From positions 1 to 32,000 of the forward strand of contig NZ_LGHJ01000012.1 in the NCBI RefSeq assembly GCF_001306055.1: DNA of 32,000 bases, given 5' to 3'. Shown in pieces: positions 6,485 to 16,256 of this stretch (the first letter of the stretch is position 1; each line of letters starts with the position of its first letter). This DNA comes from Bellilinea caldifistulae (GTDB lineage Bacteria; Chloroflexota; Anaerolineae; Anaerolineales; Anaerolineaceae). The position numbers and the translations under genes are program-made. The notes beneath the pieces are model-generated. The model saw nothing but the letters and a program-made list of their open reading frames with translations. It did not search any database and was not told the origin of the DNA.

Positions 6485-7642
6485 TCAGATGCGCTTTTCA
6501 ATCGGGACATACTCACGCGGATCTGGGCCAATGTAATTGGCTGACGGACGGATGATCTTACCGTCCTGACGCTGCTCAATAATGTGAGCAGCCCAGCCAG
6601 CTGTCCTGGACATGACAAAAAGCGGCGTGAACATGAAGGTCGGTATACCCAACATGTGATAAACCACAGCGCTGTACCAGTCGAGATTGGGGAACATACG
6701 TTTCTGCTCCCACATCACATCTTCAATTTTCTCGGCAATGTCGCACATGGTTTCATCGCCAAAATCCTTGCACAGAGAGCAGGAAAGCCCTTTGAGAATC
6801 TTGGCCCGCGGGTCCGAAATGGTATACACCGGATGCCCAAATCCAAGAATAATCCCTTTATTCTCCAAAATGCGCCGGACATCCTCCGCTGCTTCTTCGG
6901 GAGACTTGTACCGCTCGATGACCTCCATCGCTCCCTCATTGGCACCGCCGTGCTTAAAGCCTTTCAGTGCGCCAATTGCCCCGGTAATTGCCGAATAAAT
7001 GTCCGAACCCGTGCCGGCAATCACCCGGCTGGTGAAGGTTGAGGCGTTGAATTCGTGCTCGGCATAGAGAATCAGGGTGATATCCAATGCCCTTTCATGT
7101 AATTCGCTGGGTTTACGCCCATGCAACAGGTGTAAAAAGTGACCGGCAATCGTATCATCATCGGTTTCCACCTCAATCCGCCGGCCGTGGTGCGAATAAT
7201 GAAACCAGTAGGTCAACATCGAGGGGAAAACGGCCAGCAGACGGTCGGCAATATGGCGCGCACCTTCAACCGGGTGATCCTCCCGCTCCGGAAGGGTCGC
7301 TCCCAAAATGGAACAACCGGTGCGCAGCACGTCCATCGGGTGGGCTGCCGCCGGAATTTGTTCCAGCACAGCCTTGACCGGCGCAGGTAAGCCGCGCAGT
7401 GTTTTCAGCCTCCGTTTGTAGCGCTCGAACTCGTTGGCAACCGGCAATTTTTCATAAATTAACAGGTAGGCTACCTCTTCGAAGGTCGAATATTCGGCTA
7501 AATCATTGATATCATAGCCACGGTAACGCAGGTCATGCCCCAGTGTCCCCACCGTACAGATTGCGGTATTACCCGCCGGCACTCCCGAAAGGGCTACTGA
7601 TTTCTTTTTGACTTCCTTTTTTTCCACCACCTGATCACTCAT
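6485..7642 (-). CDS. prpC: 2-methylcitrate synthase / citrate synthase family
   Basis: Citrate synthase motifs are present ([14 protein letters not shown]; [10 protein letters not shown]). The start was trimmed to MSDQVV at 7642, which overlaps the prpB stop (GATGAGTGA) and follows a GGAGAGGAGAG SD. The methylcitrate assignment rests on operon context. Confidence 0.85.
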   Translation of the reverse strand: MSDQVVEKKEVKKKSVALSGVPAGNTAICTVGTLGHDLRYRGYDINDLAEYSTFEEVAYLLIYEKLPVANEFERYKRRLKTLRGLPAPVKAVLEQIPAAAHPMDVLRTGCSILGATLPEREDHPVEGARHIADRLLAVFPSMLTYWFHYSHHGRRIEVETDDDTIAGHFLHLLHGRKPSELHERALDITLILYAEHEFNASTFTSRVIAGTGSDIYSAITGAIGALKGFKHGGANEGAMEVIERYKSPEEAAEDVRRILENKGIILGFGHPVYTISDPRAKILKGLSCSLCKDFGDETMCDIAEKIEDVMWEQKRMFPNLDWYSAVVYHMLGIPTFMFTPLFVMSRTAGWAAHIIEQRQDGKIIRPSANYIGPDPREYVPIEKRI

Positions 7643-8531
7643 CGTCTCTCCTCTCCTTGGCAAAAAGTTGATCGAGTTTCTGTTCGTAAGCGTAATAGTT
7701 CAAAACCTCATACAATTCAGCCCGTGTCTGCATCAGGTCCAGCACCGTCTGTTGGGTTCCCTCACGCCGGATGGTTTGATACACCTTGACTGCCGCTGCG
7801 CTCATCGCCCGAAAGGCAGAAAGCGGGTATAAGACAATATCCACACCGACCTCAGCCAGCTGCCGGGTAGAAAACAGGGGGGTTTTGCCAAATTCGGTCA
7901 TGTTCGCCAGAATTGGAACACCGCTAACCCGCTTGAATTCACGGTACATCTCAAGGTCAGTTACCGCCTCGGCAAAAATCATATCTGCGCCGGCTTCCAC
8001 ATAACGCCGGCTGCGCTCCAACGCCGATTCCAGTCCCTCGACGGCCAGCGCATCTGTCCGCGCCATAATCACAAAAGACGGATCGGTGCGCGCATCCACC
8101 GCTGCCTTGATCCGGTCTTCCATCTCCTCCGGCGCAACCAGAGCTTTACCGGGACGATGGCCGCAGCGTTTTGCCTGCACCTGATCTTCCATGTGGATTG
8201 CAGCCGCCCCGGCTTTAATGAGCGAACGAACCGTGCGAGCGATGTTGAAGGCACTCCCAAAACCGGTATCCACATCCACCAGCAAAGGCAACGGGCAGGC
8301 ATCTGTTATACGCCGTGTATCTATCAAAACGTCCTCTAAAGTGGTGATACCCAGATCAGGAACCCCCAATGAAGCAGCTGCAACTCCCCCACCAGAAAGA
8401 TAAATCGCCCGAAATCCAGCCCTTTCTGCCAGCAAAGCAGCATAGGCATTAATCACTCCTACTACCTGTAAAGGTCTTTCATTTTGAACGGCCTCCCGAA
8501 AGCGCTGACCGGCAGAGGGAGATGATGGCAC
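7635..8531 (-). CDS. prpB: Methylisocitrate lyase (PEP mutase/isocitrate lyase superfamily)
   Basis: 298 aa with PrpB-like motifs: [33 protein letters not shown]. The GTG start at 8531 is preceded by AGGAGGT. Confidence 0.9.
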   Translation of the reverse strand: MPSSPSAGQRFREAVQNERPLQVVGVINAYAALLAERAGFRAIYLSGGGVAAASLGVPDLGITTLEDVLIDTRRITDACPLPLLVDVDTGFGSAFNIARTVRSLIKAGAAAIHMEDQVQAKRCGHRPGKALVAPEEMEDRIKAAVDARTDPSFVIMARTDALAVEGLESALERSRRYVEAGADMIFAEAVTDLEMYREFKRVSGVPILANMTEFGKTPLFSTRQLAEVGVDIVLYPLSAFRAMSAAAVKVYQTIRREGTQQTVLDLMQTRAELYEVLNYYAYEQKLDQLFAKERRDDE

Positions 8532-8906
8532 GCTTACCTCCTGTGGGCATCAGGTTAATCGGACAAATACAACCATTTAGACGGCTTTTAATTCAACGCC
8601 GTAACTAATTGTATCCCTATGGGTTGTTTTAATGATACCAACTCGATAATTCAAAGTCAATTAATTTCATCGGATTAGTGAGAAATTCACTATTTCGGTT
8701 GAAGTTTTTTAACCCCTTGTCCGACATTTTTGCCTCAGACCGGTCATTTCTAGGCGGCAAATGTCTGACATCTGATAAACGATGGTAAAAGTCGGGATTT
8801 CTTTCACTATCCCTTTCAACCCAATTCATCCTATAATCAAGGTTGGTCAAATCTTCCTGCCAGTTTGATGGCAAATTTTTCCTAATCTCCCAAAAGGACG
8901 GATCGA

Positions 8907-9974
8907 ATGAAAAAGCATAATTTCAATCCCGGACCCTCCATTCTTCCGCAGTACACCGTCGAGGAAACCGCCAAAGCCATTCACGATTTTGCCGGCACCG
9001 GTCTTTCCATTCTGGAAGTTTCTCACCGCAGCAAAGAATTCGAAGCCGTTGTCAACGAGACCGTTGCCCTGTTCAAGGAACTCCTCAACATTCCCGAAGG
9101 ATATGCGGTGATTTTCGTTGGTGGCGGCGCCAGCACTCAATTTTTCCACGTGCCCTATAACCTCTTGGAGAAAAAAGCCGCCTACTTGATCACCGGTCAG
9201 TGGGCGCAAAAAGCCGCCAAGGAAGCCAAACTTTTTGGCCCGGTCGAAGTGGTCGCCTCATCCGAAGACAAGAACTTCACCTACATTCCAAAAGACTTCA
9301 CCATTCCCGCCGATGCCGACTATTTCCACATTACCACCAACAACACCATCTACGGCACCGAAATTTTGACCGACCTTGATTCTCCCGTACCGCTGGTTGC
9401 GGACATGTCATCGGACATTTTCTCACGCCCGGTGGATGTCTCCAAATACGGGCTGATTTACGGCGGCGCACAGAAAAACCTGGCGCCGGCCGGTCTGACT
9501 TTCGTCATCGTTCGCGAAGATCTCCTTGGCAAAGTCAGCCGCCCGCTGCCCACCATGGTGGATTACCGCACCCACATCAAGAACAATTCCCTCTACAACA
9601 CCCCACCGGTGGTCATTATCTACTCGGCCCTGCTTACCCTGCGTTGGATGAAAGAACAGGGCGGTGTAGCCGAAATGGAACGGCGCAACAAAGCCAAAGC
9701 CGAACTGCTTTACAACGAAATTGACCGCAACAAGTTGTTTGTCGGTACGGTTGCCAAAGAAGATCGCTCGCGGATGAATGTCTGCTTTGTGATGGCGCCC
9801 GGTTACGAGCAACTCGAAGCCGAGTTTGCCGAATTTGCCAAAAGCAAAGGAATGGTGGGTATTAAGGGGCATCGTTCGGTGGGCGGTTTCCGCGCCTCAC
9901 TATACAATGCCCTGCCGCTGGAAAGCGTTCAAGCGCTGGTGGACTGCATGCAGGAATTTGAAGCCAGCCACTAG
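8907..9974 (+). CDS. serC: 3-phosphoserine aminotransferase
   Basis: 355 aa. The N-terminus [21 protein letters not shown], and the length are typical of SerC. AAGGACGGA SD lies upstream. Confidence 0.9.
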   Translation: MKKHNFNPGPSILPQYTVEETAKAIHDFAGTGLSILEVSHRSKEFEAVVNETVALFKELLNIPEGYAVIFVGGGASTQFFHVPYNLLEKKAAYLITGQWAQKAAKEAKLFGPVEVVASSEDKNFTYIPKDFTIPADADYFHITTNNTIYGTEILTDLDSPVPLVADMSSDIFSRPVDVSKYGLIYGGAQKNLAPAGLTFVIVREDLLGKVSRPLPTMVDYRTHIKNNSLYNTPPVVIIYSALLTLRWMKEQGGVAEMERRNKAKAELLYNEIDRNKLFVGTVAKEDRSRMNVCFVMAPGYEQLEAEFAEFAKSKGMVGIKGHRSVGGFRASLYNALPLESVQALVDCMQEFEASH

Positions 9975-9989
9975 ACCAGCCCATGGGTC

Positions 9990-10019
9990 AAGACCCCCGC
10001 TTGAAGCGGGGGTCTTTTT
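9990..10019 (+). terminator. Rho-independent terminator after serC
   Basis: aagacccccgc (9990-10000) pairs with gcgggggtctt (10006-10016) around the 5-nt loop ttgaa, followed by a T-run to 10019. It lies between convergent serC and the GNAT gene. Confidence 0.7.
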
Positions 10020-10021
10020 AT

Positions 10022-10960
10022 TTACAGGAGGGTTTTCTCGTAGCGGGCACGGGTCAGGCGGCGGCGAAAACCCAGTTCATAAAACCGGCGGATGGCTGCC
10101 GGGTTGTTGACATTTACATGTAAACCGACTTCCCGGTAACCGGTGTGGTGAAACTGACGCAGAGCATGTGCCAGCAGCCCAAACGCCACCCCCTGACCAC
10201 GCAGCTCAGGAACGACACCGGTCTGATTGATCCAGGCCATCTCCCCCACTCGGCCGGCAGTCACAAACGCCACCGGCCGCTCCTCTCCATTGATGGCCAG
10301 CCAGGAGGATTGGGGAAGAAAATCCCTGTCCGAGTCATACTCCCCCACCCACTTTTCCAGCGGATCAAAAGAAGCTGCACGGTCATAAAAAGCATCACAA
10401 TAAGCCCGGTAAAACAGGGGGGCGGTTTCCGCGCTCCAGTTGACCAGCCGATAAGTTTCTGGCAGCAAATCGGCGGGTGGCATCTTTTCCAGCGAACAAA
10501 CCATCATATTTTCCGCAAAAATTGGGGTAAAACCGGACTGCACGTAGATGGAATGCGCATCGGCAGTAAGTGCTTCGTTACGGATTATCAAGCGGCGGAC
10601 ACGCTCATACCCGCTGACCATGTTGGCACGATTTTCCAGCCATTCCAGCAACATTGTCCCTAACCCCTTCCGGCGGTAGAGAGGATGTACCCGCCCGCCC
10701 AGCAGGACTCGCTGCTCGTTCTCGGTGGAGGGCAACAATTGAATCCACCCCACCGCCATCAGGATTTCTTCTCCCACGGCGCAAAAAGTATTATCCACAT
10801 GCACCTGCATGGCTGCCAGGGCATCTCCAACCAGATCACTGACCCACTCCTCGCCGTCTGCTTCTTTACAAGCGCGGTCCAGATCTTTTAGGAGCCGCTC
10901 ATCCTCAGCCTGCAGACCTCGCCACGTCATCCACGCCTGTCCCATATTTTCACTCTTCAT
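10022..10960 (-). CDS. Tandem-GNAT N-acetyltransferase (MshD-like architecture)
   Basis: 312 aa with two acetyl-CoA-binding-type motifs, RRKGLGTMLLEWLE and LRGQGVAFGLLAHAL, in the N- and C-terminal halves. Confidence 0.7.
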   Translation of the reverse strand: MKSENMGQAWMTWRGLQAEDERLLKDLDRACKEADGEEWVSDLVGDALAAMQVHVDNTFCAVGEEILMAVGWIQLLPSTENEQRVLLGGRVHPLYRRKGLGTMLLEWLENRANMVSGYERVRRLIIRNEALTADAHSIYVQSGFTPIFAENMMVCSLEKMPPADLLPETYRLVNWSAETAPLFYRAYCDAFYDRAASFDPLEKWVGEYDSDRDFLPQSSWLAINGEERPVAFVTAGRVGEMAWINQTGVVPELRGQGVAFGLLAHALRQFHHTGYREVGLHVNVNNPAAIRRFYELGFRRRLTRARYEKTLL

Positions 10961-11078
10961 AAGACCACCTCTTCTTCTAATTTTACTCTGCTAACGATTA
11001 CAATAGGGAACATTCCATCCATTAAACCCCATAAGTCATCCAAGGGGTACTCTTAATCCATGAAATAAGGAAACGAAC

Positions 11079-11591
11079 ATGAAAAATCCTGACCAATCAG
11101 CCGCCGATCGTCCACAAATGCCGCAAAGCTACGGGCTATCACCGAACACCTCCGGCCTGCTGGCATGGGAAGAAGTTGAAAATCGGCTGATTGCAGCAAG
11201 AAATTATTGGGTTTGTACCACGCGCTCCAATGGGCGACCGCATGTCATGCCGGTTTGGGGAATCTGGCAGGATGAGTGCTTTTATTTTGGCACCGATCTC
11301 GAATCCATAAAAGGGCGCAACCTGATCCGCAATCCCTATTTGATGGTTCATCTGGAAAGCGGAGATGATGCCGTCATTCTCGAATGCCGCGCCGAACGGG
11401 TTAATGAACCGCAATTATTGAAGCGTGTGCTATTGGCATACAGCGAGAAGTACGGCGTATTTTCGGACGAAAGCGAACTGACCAGCCAAACGGTTTTCTT
11501 TGCTGCCAGACCCCTAAAGGCACTCGCCTGGCGGGAGTCAAGTTTTCCCGTCACCGCAACCCGCTGGCGTTTTAACCAGAAAGAAAACTGA
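11079..11591 (+). CDS. Pyridoxamine 5'-phosphate oxidase-like (PPOX/FMN-binding split-barrel) family protein
   Basis: 170 aa. The segment ARNYWVCTTRSNGRPHVMPVWGIW...FYFGT...K.RNL..NP is typical of PPOX-class proteins. The exact start is uncertain. Confidence 0.65.
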   Translation: MKNPDQSAADRPQMPQSYGLSPNTSGLLAWEEVENRLIAARNYWVCTTRSNGRPHVMPVWGIWQDECFYFGTDLESIKGRNLIRNPYLMVHLESGDDAVILECRAERVNEPQLLKRVLLAYSEKYGVFSDESELTSQTVFFAARPLKALAWRESSFPVTATRWRFNQKEN

Positions 11592-11597
11592 ACCGGT

Positions 11598-12239
11598 CTA
11601 CCCCATTCCTACCAGCGATTTTGCCAGCGCCACTGCCCGGCTGGCATCCGGCGCGTAACCATCCGCACCGATCTGGCGGGCAAAGGTTTCGGTAACCGGC
11701 GCTCCACCCACCATGACCTTGACCTGCTGGCGCAGGCCGGCCTGCTGCAGGGCTTCAATGGTCTGTTTCATGTGGGGCATGGTCGTGGTGAGCAGCGCTG
11801 AAAGGGCGACTAGTTGAGCGCCGCTGGACTCAACCGCTTCGACGAATTTCTCCGGCGGCACATCTGTGCCCAGATCAATGATTTCAAAAGCCGCCCCTTC
11901 CAGCATCATACACACCAGATTTTTACCGATATCGTGCAAATCGCCTTTCACCGTACCTGCCACCACCTTGCCGGAGGAGGTCACCTCAGCCTGCACCAAT
12001 CTGGGTTTGAGAAGGTTCATCCCCGCCTGCATCGCCCGGGCTGCAACCAACATCTCCGGCACAAAATACTCACCCTCTTCAAACAGACGCCCCACTTCCT
12101 GCATGGCCGGCATCATCGCCTGTTTGAGAATGACCTCCGCTTCGAGACTGGCTTCCAGAGCGCGCTGAACGGCCTCCCGGGCAGCGGATTGATTACCTTC
12201 CAGAATGGCCTGGTATATGGGAGAGAGTAAGGCTTCCAT
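11598..12239 (-). CDS. Cobalamin-binding corrinoid protein (MtaC/MtbC-like)
   Basis: 213 aa with B12-binding motifs: DLHDIGKNLV (DxHxxG), SALLTTTM and GGAP. It has an N-terminal helical cap domain. Confidence 0.85.
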   Translation of the reverse strand: MEALLSPIYQAILEGNQSAAREAVQRALEASLEAEVILKQAMMPAMQEVGRLFEEGEYFVPEMLVAARAMQAGMNLLKPRLVQAEVTSSGKVVAGTVKGDLHDIGKNLVCMMLEGAAFEIIDLGTDVPPEKFVEAVESSGAQLVALSALLTTTMPHMKQTIEALQQAGLRQQVKVMVGGAPVTETFARQIGADGYAPDASRAVALAKSLVGMG

Positions 12240-12378
12240 GGGGTTGTTCCCTCACTGTCAGGTTCGTTTCCATCCCTCATTATATTCCCAACTCGACGAT
12301 TAGAAAAACACCAACTTCAAAATCGGTTAAAATTACACCATTCAATCTCCCACCCTTTGTTCAAAAGAGGATCAAAAC

Positions 12379-12807
12379 ATGGAAATTTTGCTTGTTAAGC
12401 AAGTCACTGAGGAAATTGCCGAAGCCTTTCAGCACCTGATCCCCCAATTAAGCACCTCAGCCGAAGTTCCAACCCTTCAGCAAATCCAGGAAATTGCCGA
12501 TCACGAATCCCTCTTCATCGCCCGTGATCCAGAGCAGGGCGGAAAAATCGTGGGAACCCTGACGCTGGTTACTTTCCGCATTCCCACCGGGGTTCGCTCG
12601 TGGATTGAAGATGTGGTGGTAGATGAAAATGCACGTGGAAAAGGCATTGGCGAAGCACTCACCCGCGCAGCCCTGGAACGAGCACGGGAATTGGGCGCCA
12701 AAACCGTGGATTTAACCAGCCGACCCAGCCGCGAAGCAGCCAACCGCCTCTATCAGCGGGTTGGCTTTGAATTACGCCATACCAACCTGTACCGCTTTAA
12801 CCTGTGA
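12379..12807 (+). CDS. GNAT family N-acetyltransferase
   Basis: 142 aa with the motif VVVDENARGKGIGEALTRAALERARELGAK, followed by NRLYQRVGF. Confidence 0.8.
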   Translation: MEILLVKQVTEEIAEAFQHLIPQLSTSAEVPTLQQIQEIADHESLFIARDPEQGGKIVGTLTLVTFRIPTGVRSWIEDVVVDENARGKGIGEALTRAALERARELGAKTVDLTSRPSREAANRLYQRVGFELRHTNLYRFNL

Positions 12808-12811
12808 AAGA

Positions 12812-14152
12812 TTACTCATGCCTCAAAGCATCCAACGGCTGCATGGATGCTGCCCGTAATGCCGGATAAATCCCTGCCAGCGCACCGGTCAGAGTAGTAA
12901 AGGCAATTGCAAAAATCACCAGCCATTCCGGGATAACCAGTATGGCAACCTCGACCATACCGCCAATTCCTGTGCCTGTTGGGGACATTAATCCGTTGAA
13001 TTGAGAAAACCAGTTTGAAGGGCTGTGATTGGCCAGCTCACCCAGGCCAACCGCCAACCCCGCACCCAAGATCCCACCCAGCAGTCCCAAAACAGCCGCC
13101 TCGGCAAGAAATAATTTGAAAATATCCCCATTTTTTGCACCAAGGGATTTGAGTAATCCAATTTCCCGTGTACGTTCATAAATTGCCATAATCATCGTAT
13201 TACCGATGCCGAAGGCTGAAATCAACAAAGCCACGCCCCCAATCCCCCCAAGCATTAATTGAAGGGACATAAAAAAGCGGTTAAACTGCTCAATGATTTT
13301 TCGGGCCGTGCTGATGGAATAACCCGCCGAGGTCAGAGCAGCATCCAAAGAGGCAGAACTACGCGTATCCGCCATTTTGACCACAATCTGGTCATATCCA
13401 TCAACTTCCCGCCGAATCGGACGACCCATCAACCAGCGATTCCAGCGTTCCACTTCATTAATCGGATAATAAATCACGTAATCACTCTGTCCACCCGTTT
13501 CGGCCAGGACACCCGCCACCTGCACACGCAACCTCCGAACTTCGTTTTGCACAAGCCTGTCCGCCTCTTCACGGTTAGATGTTCGTTGAATGTTGAGATC
13601 AACCCACGCTCCCAGCAAATCTAAATCAGGTGTAACAGGTTGATTCTTTCGCAAATCAAACATGTATTCGGCTACTTTCGGCCCCACAACAACCTGATTG
13701 GCAGAAATTTTCAACTCTCCTCGCCCTAAGGGATAACCCAGCGAAGGCAACAAAGCAGGTTCCACCCCCATCACCACAACATTGGTTTCCATATTCTGAA
13801 AACGGAGATAAGTGGGAGAACCTTTCAAAAATACTTGGGCAGCCACGCCTCTTACCTGTGGAGTTTTCCGGATTTTTTCGATCAATCCATCATTCAAAAT
13901 AGCATTCTTGCATTGCTGGGGACGCTGCTGAGGGGGCAGGGTGCACTCTGGTGGAACCTGCACCGTCATTGTGGTCAGATCTCCAATTTTACCGATACTC
14001 TCTGTCATATTTTTCTGCATTCCCAACCCCAGCGCAACCAGTAAAATAATGGTTGTACTACCAATTAGAACGCCTCCCAGCGTCATCAGGACGCGTGTTT
14101 TCCTGCGCCAGAGATTCCCCCGTACCAGATAAATCAAGTCCAGTATTGACAT
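12812..14152 (-). CDS. ABC transporter permease, FtsX/MacB type with a large extracytoplasmic domain
   Basis: 446 aa. An N-terminal TM segment is followed by a roughly 250-aa soluble region, then a C-terminal FtsX-like segment (IAMIMAIYERTREIGLLKSLGAKNGDI). It lies immediately downstream of an ABC ATPase. Confidence 0.8.
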   Translation of the reverse strand: MSILDLIYLVRGNLWRRKTRVLMTLGGVLIGSTTIILLVALGLGMQKNMTESIGKIGDLTTMTVQVPPECTLPPQQRPQQCKNAILNDGLIEKIRKTPQVRGVAAQVFLKGSPTYLRFQNMETNVVVMGVEPALLPSLGYPLGRGELKISANQVVVGPKVAEYMFDLRKNQPVTPDLDLLGAWVDLNIQRTSNREEADRLVQNEVRRLRVQVAGVLAETGGQSDYVIYYPINEVERWNRWLMGRPIRREVDGYDQIVVKMADTRSSASLDAALTSAGYSISTARKIIEQFNRFFMSLQLMLGGIGGVALLISAFGIGNTMIMAIYERTREIGLLKSLGAKNGDIFKLFLAEAAVLGLLGGILGAGLAVGLGELANHSPSNWFSQFNGLMSPTGTGIGGMVEVAILVIPEWLVIFAIAFTTLTGALAGIYPALRAASMQPLDALRHE

Positions 14153-14178
14153 GATCTGTATCCCGCCTGATCGGTAAA

Positions 14179-14904
14179 TTAATTGCTTTCTACAATCCGG
14201 CCATCCTGCAAGCGAACGAATCGGTCAGCCTGTTCAACCAGATTCATGTCATGGGTGACCATCACCACAGTCACCTGATTAATGGACACCAGATTTTTCA
14301 ACAGAGCCACAACTTCCTTTCCAGTGGAATTGTCCAGATTTCCGGTTGGTTCGTCGGCTAGTAACAAAGCCGGCTGGTTGACCAGCGCACGGGCGATTGC
14401 CACCCGCTGCTGTTGACCGCCCGACAATTGATTTGGCCGATGGTGGCTACGTTCCAACAGGCCGACTTCTTGAAGACGCTGCATCGCAATTTGACGGCGC
14501 GCCGATCGCGGCAGATGGTTAAAGATCATCGGAATTTCCACATTCTGCCATGCAGTCAAAGATGGAATCAGATGAAAATTTTGGTAAATAAAGCCAATTC
14601 GCCGACAACGAAACTCTGCCAGTTGATTTTCATCCTGTCGGGCGAGGTTTTGACCCGCAACAATCAGTTCACCCCGCGTGGGGCGATCCATCCCGCCCAT
14701 TAAGTACAATAACGTTGACTTGCCGGAGCCCGACGAACCGCAGATCGCAAAAAATTCGCCAGTGTAAATGGTCAAGTTGATCCCATTTAAGGCGCGCACC
14801 ACTACATTACCCAATCGGTAATGCCGGTGGAGATCCCGGATGATTACCATTGGCTCTGAGAATTTTCTTTCCTTAACCAGTGCACCGCAATCTCCCATAC
14901 TCAT
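14179..14904 (-). CDS. ABC transporter ATP-binding protein (MacB/LolD-like)
   Basis: Walker A GSSGSGKST, signature LSGGQQQRVAIARAL, and Walker B LLLADEPT are present. An alternative start at 14850 (MVIIRDL) is possible. Confidence 0.9.
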   Translation of the reverse strand: MSMGDCGALVKERKFSEPMVIIRDLHRHYRLGNVVVRALNGINLTIYTGEFFAICGSSGSGKSTLLYLMGGMDRPTRGELIVAGQNLARQDENQLAEFRCRRIGFIYQNFHLIPSLTAWQNVEIPMIFNHLPRSARRQIAMQRLQEVGLLERSHHRPNQLSGGQQQRVAIARALVNQPALLLADEPTGNLDNSTGKEVVALLKNLVSINQVTVVMVTHDMNLVEQADRFVRLQDGRIVESN

Positions 14905-15127
14905 CGTACCCAGGCCTTTATTTTAGCGTACCAAATTTTTTTCGGATTGCCTCCTTTTATGGGATGATCGTCTCCTGCCCGTTAGAATTAACTGAAGCTG
15001 ACCAATGGCAGAGCATCCAGATACACCCTTTTGGATAATCCGAATCGATCGAACGACGGATGACTCTTTGGCGCAAGGCTCATATAAGAAATAAAGGCAC
15101 TGCCATAAAACAATTAGGAGATAAAAA

Positions 15128-15541
15128 ATGAAAACCAAGATCTTGATGCTGCTGATCACCGCGTTTCTGACTTTGCTCACTGCGGCTTGCACCCAAAGCA
15201 GCGACCCTCAAACCGTTGGTCAGCCTGCCATTCCACCTGATAAAGTAGTTGAGGCGCTGTATTCAGAATACCTGCAAACCTGGCCTCCCAGACCTTTCAA
15301 CGAAATTGCTCAATTATCCCCTGATTTTGCGGAAAGCCTGAGCAAAAAGCAACAGGAAGGGATGTTTGTGATACCGTTTATTTGCGCTCAGGATTTCCCT
15401 GAAAAGATGGAGGTTCAGTCCACATCATTGGATGGGGATACTGCCAAAGTGATCGTAAAGTCAAGTTTTGGCAATTCCATTGAATTGAGTCTCAAAGTAA
15501 TTGATGGAGAATGGAAGATTGACCAGGCTGTCTGTCAGTAA
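15128..15541 (+). CDS. Putative lipoprotein, unknown function
   Basis: 137 aa with signal peptide and lipobox MKTKILMLLITAFLTLLTAAC. AGGAGA SD lies upstream. Confidence 0.65.
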   Translation: MKTKILMLLITAFLTLLTAACTQSSDPQTVGQPAIPPDKVVEALYSEYLQTWPPRPFNEIAQLSPDFAESLSKKQQEGMFVIPFICAQDFPEKMEVQSTSLDGDTAKVIVKSSFGNSIELSLKVIDGEWKIDQAVCQ

Positions 15542-15612
15542 ACCGACCCTCTCCATTACCTTTTTCAAAAACGGCATGTTTGGCTTAACTTAAGTATTTT
15601 CTTAAAGGTTGC

Positions 15613-15641
15613 TTGAAAAGGTCACCCGGACAGGGTACAAT
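15613..15641 (+). promoter_or_regulatory. Candidate sigma70 promoter (TTGAAA-N17-TACAAT)
   Basis: TTGAAA at 15613-15618, an exact 17-nt spacer, and TACAAT at 15636-15641. It would give a leader of about 108 nt for the ORF at 15756. Confidence 0.5.
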
Positions 15642-15704
15642 AAAAGTACAAAAGTTATCCAATAAACCCCGCAAACCAGAGGCTCATGCCCTGTCGTTTC
15701 CTGA

Positions 15705-15739
15705 CAGAGCCGTTTCCATTCGCGAACGGCTCTGTTTTC
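15705..15739 (+). promoter_or_regulatory. Terminator-like hairpin inside the 5' leader (possible attenuator or riboregulator)
   Basis: cagagccgtt (15705-15714) pairs with aacggctctg (15725-15734), a 10-bp stem, followed by TTTTC. It ends about 5 nt before the GAGGAGG SD of the 65-aa ORF. Confidence 0.45.
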
Positions 15740-15755
15740 ATCAGAGGAGGTTGCT

Positions 15756-15953
15756 ATGTTCACCCTTGAGCTGACCCGCGAAGAACGAGATATGCTCATT
15801 CAGGTACTCGAGTCCAGCCTCGATGACGTGCGCATGCAGTTGATTGCGGCAGACAATATGATGTACAAAATGATGTTGCGCAAGCGCAAAGAGGCGATTG
15901 CCCACTTGCTGGAAGAGCTGAGAAAAGAAGAACAGCTCCCGTTGGCTGAATGA
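15756..15953 (+). CDS. Small predicted all-helical hypothetical protein (65 aa)
   Basis: A strong GAGGAGG SD lies 6 nt upstream of the ATG. The sequence has charged heptad-like composition (LTREERDMLIQVLESSLDDVRMQL...). No family was recognised. Confidence 0.5.
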   Translation: MFTLELTREERDMLIQVLESSLDDVRMQLIAADNMMYKMMLRKRKEAIAHLLEELRKEEQLPLAE

Positions 15954-15971
15954 ACCCCGCTGATTACCCGC

Positions 15972-16011
15972 CAGAAATAAATTCACCTGCCCCTTCTGGT
16001 AGAGCAGGTGA
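15972..16011 (-). terminator. Putative terminator downstream of tRNA-Leu
   Basis: tcacctgc (15983-15990) pairs with gcaggtga (16004-16011). On the minus strand this is followed by ATTTATTTCT. Confidence 0.4.
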
Positions 16012-16032
16012 TGTGGACACACCCCCCATCAG

Positions 16033-16116
16033 TAGGGCGGGTGGGACTTGAACCCACAAGGTGTCACCACCGGCGGATTTTAAGTCCGCTGCGTCTGCCT
16101 GTTCCGCCACCGCCCC
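16033..16116 (-). tRNA. tRNA-Leu (anticodon TAA), type II with long variable arm
   Basis: The reverse complement is GGGGCGG-TG-GCGGAACAGGCAGACGC-A-GCGGA-CTTAAAA-TCCGC-(variable arm CGGTGGTGACACCTTGT region)-GTGGG-TTCAAGT-CCCAC-CCGCCCT-A. The first acceptor pair would be a G1-U72 wobble, so the 5' end is slightly uncertain. Confidence 0.8.
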
Positions 16117-16256
16117 ATTTGCTGTTTATATTGTATCCGATTATCTCAACCCGTCAAGCATTCGCAACTGCATTCCTTTCGGTAAAATCTTTTTTCAAAC
16201 CTGTTCTATAATCAGTTCAAACCGTATCTGGAATTTATCATCTGTAACCCTCTCTC

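Noticed and set aside
5018-8531. The prpBCD cluster as a candidate novel system
   Set aside because: It has the canonical gene order and motifs of the 2-methylcitrate cycle. Nothing is unusual beyond the missing local regulator.
8629-9209. Minus-strand ORFs 8629..8874 (81 aa) and 8847..9209 (120 aa)
   Set aside because: The second is antisense to serC. The first sits in the AT-rich prpB/serC control region with no SD and no recognisable family. It is mentioned in a finding but not annotated as a gene.
14923-15192. 89-aa minus-strand ORF between the ABC ATPase and the lipoprotein gene
   Set aside because: It overlaps the lipoprotein gene start and its SD on the opposite strand. Its composition is odd and it has no start signal.
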